A DNA stretch of 60,254 bases, filler included, from Stramenopiles sp. TOSAG23-2 (lineage: Eukaryota): NCBI GenBank assembly GCA_900128395.1. It is 4 parts of 4 records of this genome, joined end to end, with 100 filler letters (N's around TTAATTAATTAA, not from the genome) between each part and the next. Parts side by side here need not be neighbours in the genome. Positions count along the whole stretch, not along the records: positions 45,301 to 60,254 come from LT649736.1; 3 more parts are not named here. One strand, written 5' to 3'. Of this stretch, positions 58,246-60,254 are shown in pieces. Position 1 is the first letter of the stretch; every line of letters begins with the position of its first letter. The position numbers and the translations under genes were made by a program. The notes below the pieces were generated by a model. The model searched no databases and was not told where the DNA came from. It saw only the letters and a list, made by a program, of their open reading frames with translations.

Positions 58246-60254
58246 TTATCTACACCAACCTCTATAATTGATAAGAATATCTTTATGCGTTTCTAAATGA
58301 GCATTAAGTAACTCATCTTCATATGTATTCGTGTCATATTCTAAACACCATTTTGTTATACTAGTTACCGTAAAAAATGGACAAGTACTGAAACCGTAGC
58401 TTGTGTAAAAAAAAGGTACAGCCCACAAAACTTTCTGATACTTTGGTGAAGTTCGTAACCCTACACTGTCATTTATAAAAAAGTAAGTGCCATCTTTTAA
58501 CATACGCGTAACGTACTTAGTATGTCGTTGTCGTGGAATACAATCTAATAATCCCGCTTTAAGAAATCGCTCGTCTTGATTTCTTCCTAAAATTGGTTGG
58601 CAAAGCGGTTTCATATCCTTCAATGCTTGGCATTTTACTCTGATCCCAATACCTCCACCCATTACACCATTTTCAGACTGTTTGTGTTCTTGATAACGCA
58701 AAACATCGCTATTGTCATCCATTAGCCAAGACTCTACTTTTTCCATATCTGATTTACTTAAGATACTATCCACATCTCGTGTTATACATACATCAATTGT
58801 TTGATCTACAAGTGGACGATATCGTTCTACCATAGGATTCAAACCATCACGGCATTGTATCAATTGAATAGGGTGTGTTTTTGATGACGTTGCAACTTTT
58901 TGTACAAAACTTTTAAGTACGAGATTATCTTGAACCGATTTATCAATATACAATCGCAATTCCCAATCAGGAAACCATTTTTCAGCCGCTTTCACATTAT
59001 AACGTAAACCAATAAGATATTCTGGTAATCTTTTCAAGTTGTTCATGTCAGCGTACAAACACCATGCTATAACTTTACGAGGAAATTTTGTATTAATTTT
59101 TGATTCGTCACTATTGGTGCTGATATAGTCGCTAGAAATAACACTTTTACAATTATTAAGTGCATATAACTTTGCAGTAACTTCAATTCTCAATTGTTTG
59201 TGTTCCATATCATTTTTTTTGTTTGAATTTGGTAATTTTTTAATGGTTTGAGGAATTTTATAATTCTGCCTTTTCTCAAAACATTGTAAAGTCGTATCCT
59301 TTTTTATTTTTTTGCTGGTATGAACAATATTACTGTTCTTTTGTTTCCTGGTTGGCATGTTCTTACGTTTACCAGATTCCATCATCGGCATCTTCCCATT
59401 ACCATTACCACGGTCACTTTGTCTTCTACCAATATCCATAGTATTATTATTATTACTACTATTACTACTTTTATTATTACTACTACTATTATCATTCATC
59501 CCACCACGTAAACGTAAAATAAGTTGTATCGTAGATTCTTTTTTTATATTGCATTCTACAACTGTGGATCTATCCTCTACGTCTTTGCCATTAAAAATTA
59601 ATCGTTGTGCACTTGGTGGGATACCTTCTTTGTCTTGAATTTTACGCTTTAATTCAAGAATCGTAGTTGTCAATGTAACATCATGTAACACAAGGAGTGG
59701 GCTACTTATTGGCTTCACAAATATTTGAAATGTATTATGGATGTAAGTATCGATATCCTTTACTTTTGAATAATTAAGTAATAATTTGTTGCCCACGATC
59801 GACTCCAAATACGCAGCTACTTCGGTATGACCTTTCGCTCTTGCCACATCCAACGGAGTACGGCCATTATCACAACATGTGGTCGCATTCAATCCCCATT
59901 CGATACCGAGCACGACGGAGTCTATCTTGCCATTCCACGCCGCCGCCCATAACATGGTTGCTCCTTTGTTTTCCCCACTTGTTAGTACAACGTCGGTGTT
60001 CGCGCCGCATGCATATAGCGACTTCATTACATCGAGATGTCCTTTTTGTGTAGCTATGTATAAAGGTGTACATCCATTTTTAATTGCTTGATTCACATCG
60101 ATACCTTTTACCTTCAAAAGCATCGATACAATCTCGTTATGGCCTTCCCATGCTGCCATCCATAAAGGCGTTTGTCCATATTTATCTGCTTGGTTCACAT
60201 CGATACCTTTTACCTTCAAAAGCGTCGATACAATCTCTGTATGGCCTTTCTCTG
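58246..60254 (-). CDS. Ankyrin repeats + ubiquitin domain ending LRLRGG + low-complexity/NLS linker + putative GT-A-like domain; 5' end outside the window
   Basis: Frame open to the window edge; ankyrin TPLWMAA/TPLYIA/TPLDVA; ubiquitin at 59500-59730; KVIAWCLY...[11 protein letters not shown]...RY.PL.D...D..ITRDVDS...MGGG. Confidence 0.88.
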   Translation of the reverse strand, partial: EKGHTEIVSTLLKVKGIDVNQADKYGQTPLWMAAWEGHNEIVSMLLKVKGIDVNQAIKNGCTPLYIATQKGHLDVMKSLYACGANTDVVLTSGENKGATMLWAAAWNGKIDSVVLGIEWGLNATTCCDNGRTPLDVARAKGHTEVAAYLESIVGNKLLLNYSKVKDIDTYIHNTFQIFVKPISSPLLVLHDVTLTTTILELKRKIQDKEGIPPSAQRLIFNGKDVEDRSTVVECNIKKESTIQLILRLRGGMNDNSSSNNKSSNSSNNNNTMDIGRRQSDRGNGNGKMPMMESGKRKNMPTRKQKNSNIVHTSKKIKKDTTLQCFEKRQNYKIPQTIKKLPNSNKKNDMEHKQLRIEVTAKLYALNNCKSVISSDYISTNSDESKINTKFPRKVIAWCLYADMNNLKRLPEYLIGLRYNVKAAEKWFPDWELRLYIDKSVQDNLVLKSFVQKVATSSKTHPIQLIQCRDGLNPMVERYRPLVDQTIDVCITRDVDSILSKSDMEKVESWLMDDNSDVLRYQEHKQSENGVMGGGIGIRVKCQALKDMKPLCQPILGRNQDERFLKAGLLDCIPRQRHTKYVTRMLKDGTYFFINDSVGLRTSPKYQKVLWAVPFFYTSYGFSTCPFFTVTSITKWCLEYDTNTYEDELLNAHLETHKDILINYRGWCR

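Overview
AT-rich eukaryotic (protist) genomic DNA, not a prokaryote: it has GT-AG introns with CTAAC branch points, alpha-tubulin, kinesin, RAD52 and poly-Asn/Thr proteins. The tubulin and gene style suggest a stramenopile/SAR flagellate (inference). The window is four unrelated ~15 kb scaffolds (1-15016, 15117-30109, 30210-45200, 45301-60254) joined by 100-nt N spacers with an artificial TTAATTAATTAA linker. An inverted chimera at 45301 points to an MDA single-cell assembly. About 30 protein genes, several MITE/foldback-like repeats and one 2.5 kb duplication are present; no rRNA, tRNA or CRISPR was seen. The most unusual items are: (1) a signal-peptide-bearing fusion of a heme-oxygenase-like diiron oxidase (CADD/PqqC-like) with a ParB/Srx-fold SbnI/SerK-like kinase; (2) an ankyrin-ubiquitin(LRLRGG)-putative glycosyltransferase polyprotein; (3) a secreted YadA-head plus S74 chaperone protein lacking the catalytic Ser; (4) a Gly/Lys-rich secretory precursor with repeated CCxxC modules and [SA]F[IL][EQ] motifs; (5) protist homologues of MZB1, GNPTAB, an MRH-domain receptor, a 7TM ion-channel-like protein and a zeta-carbonic-anhydrase-like protein. 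All family calls come from motif recognition by eye, not database searches.
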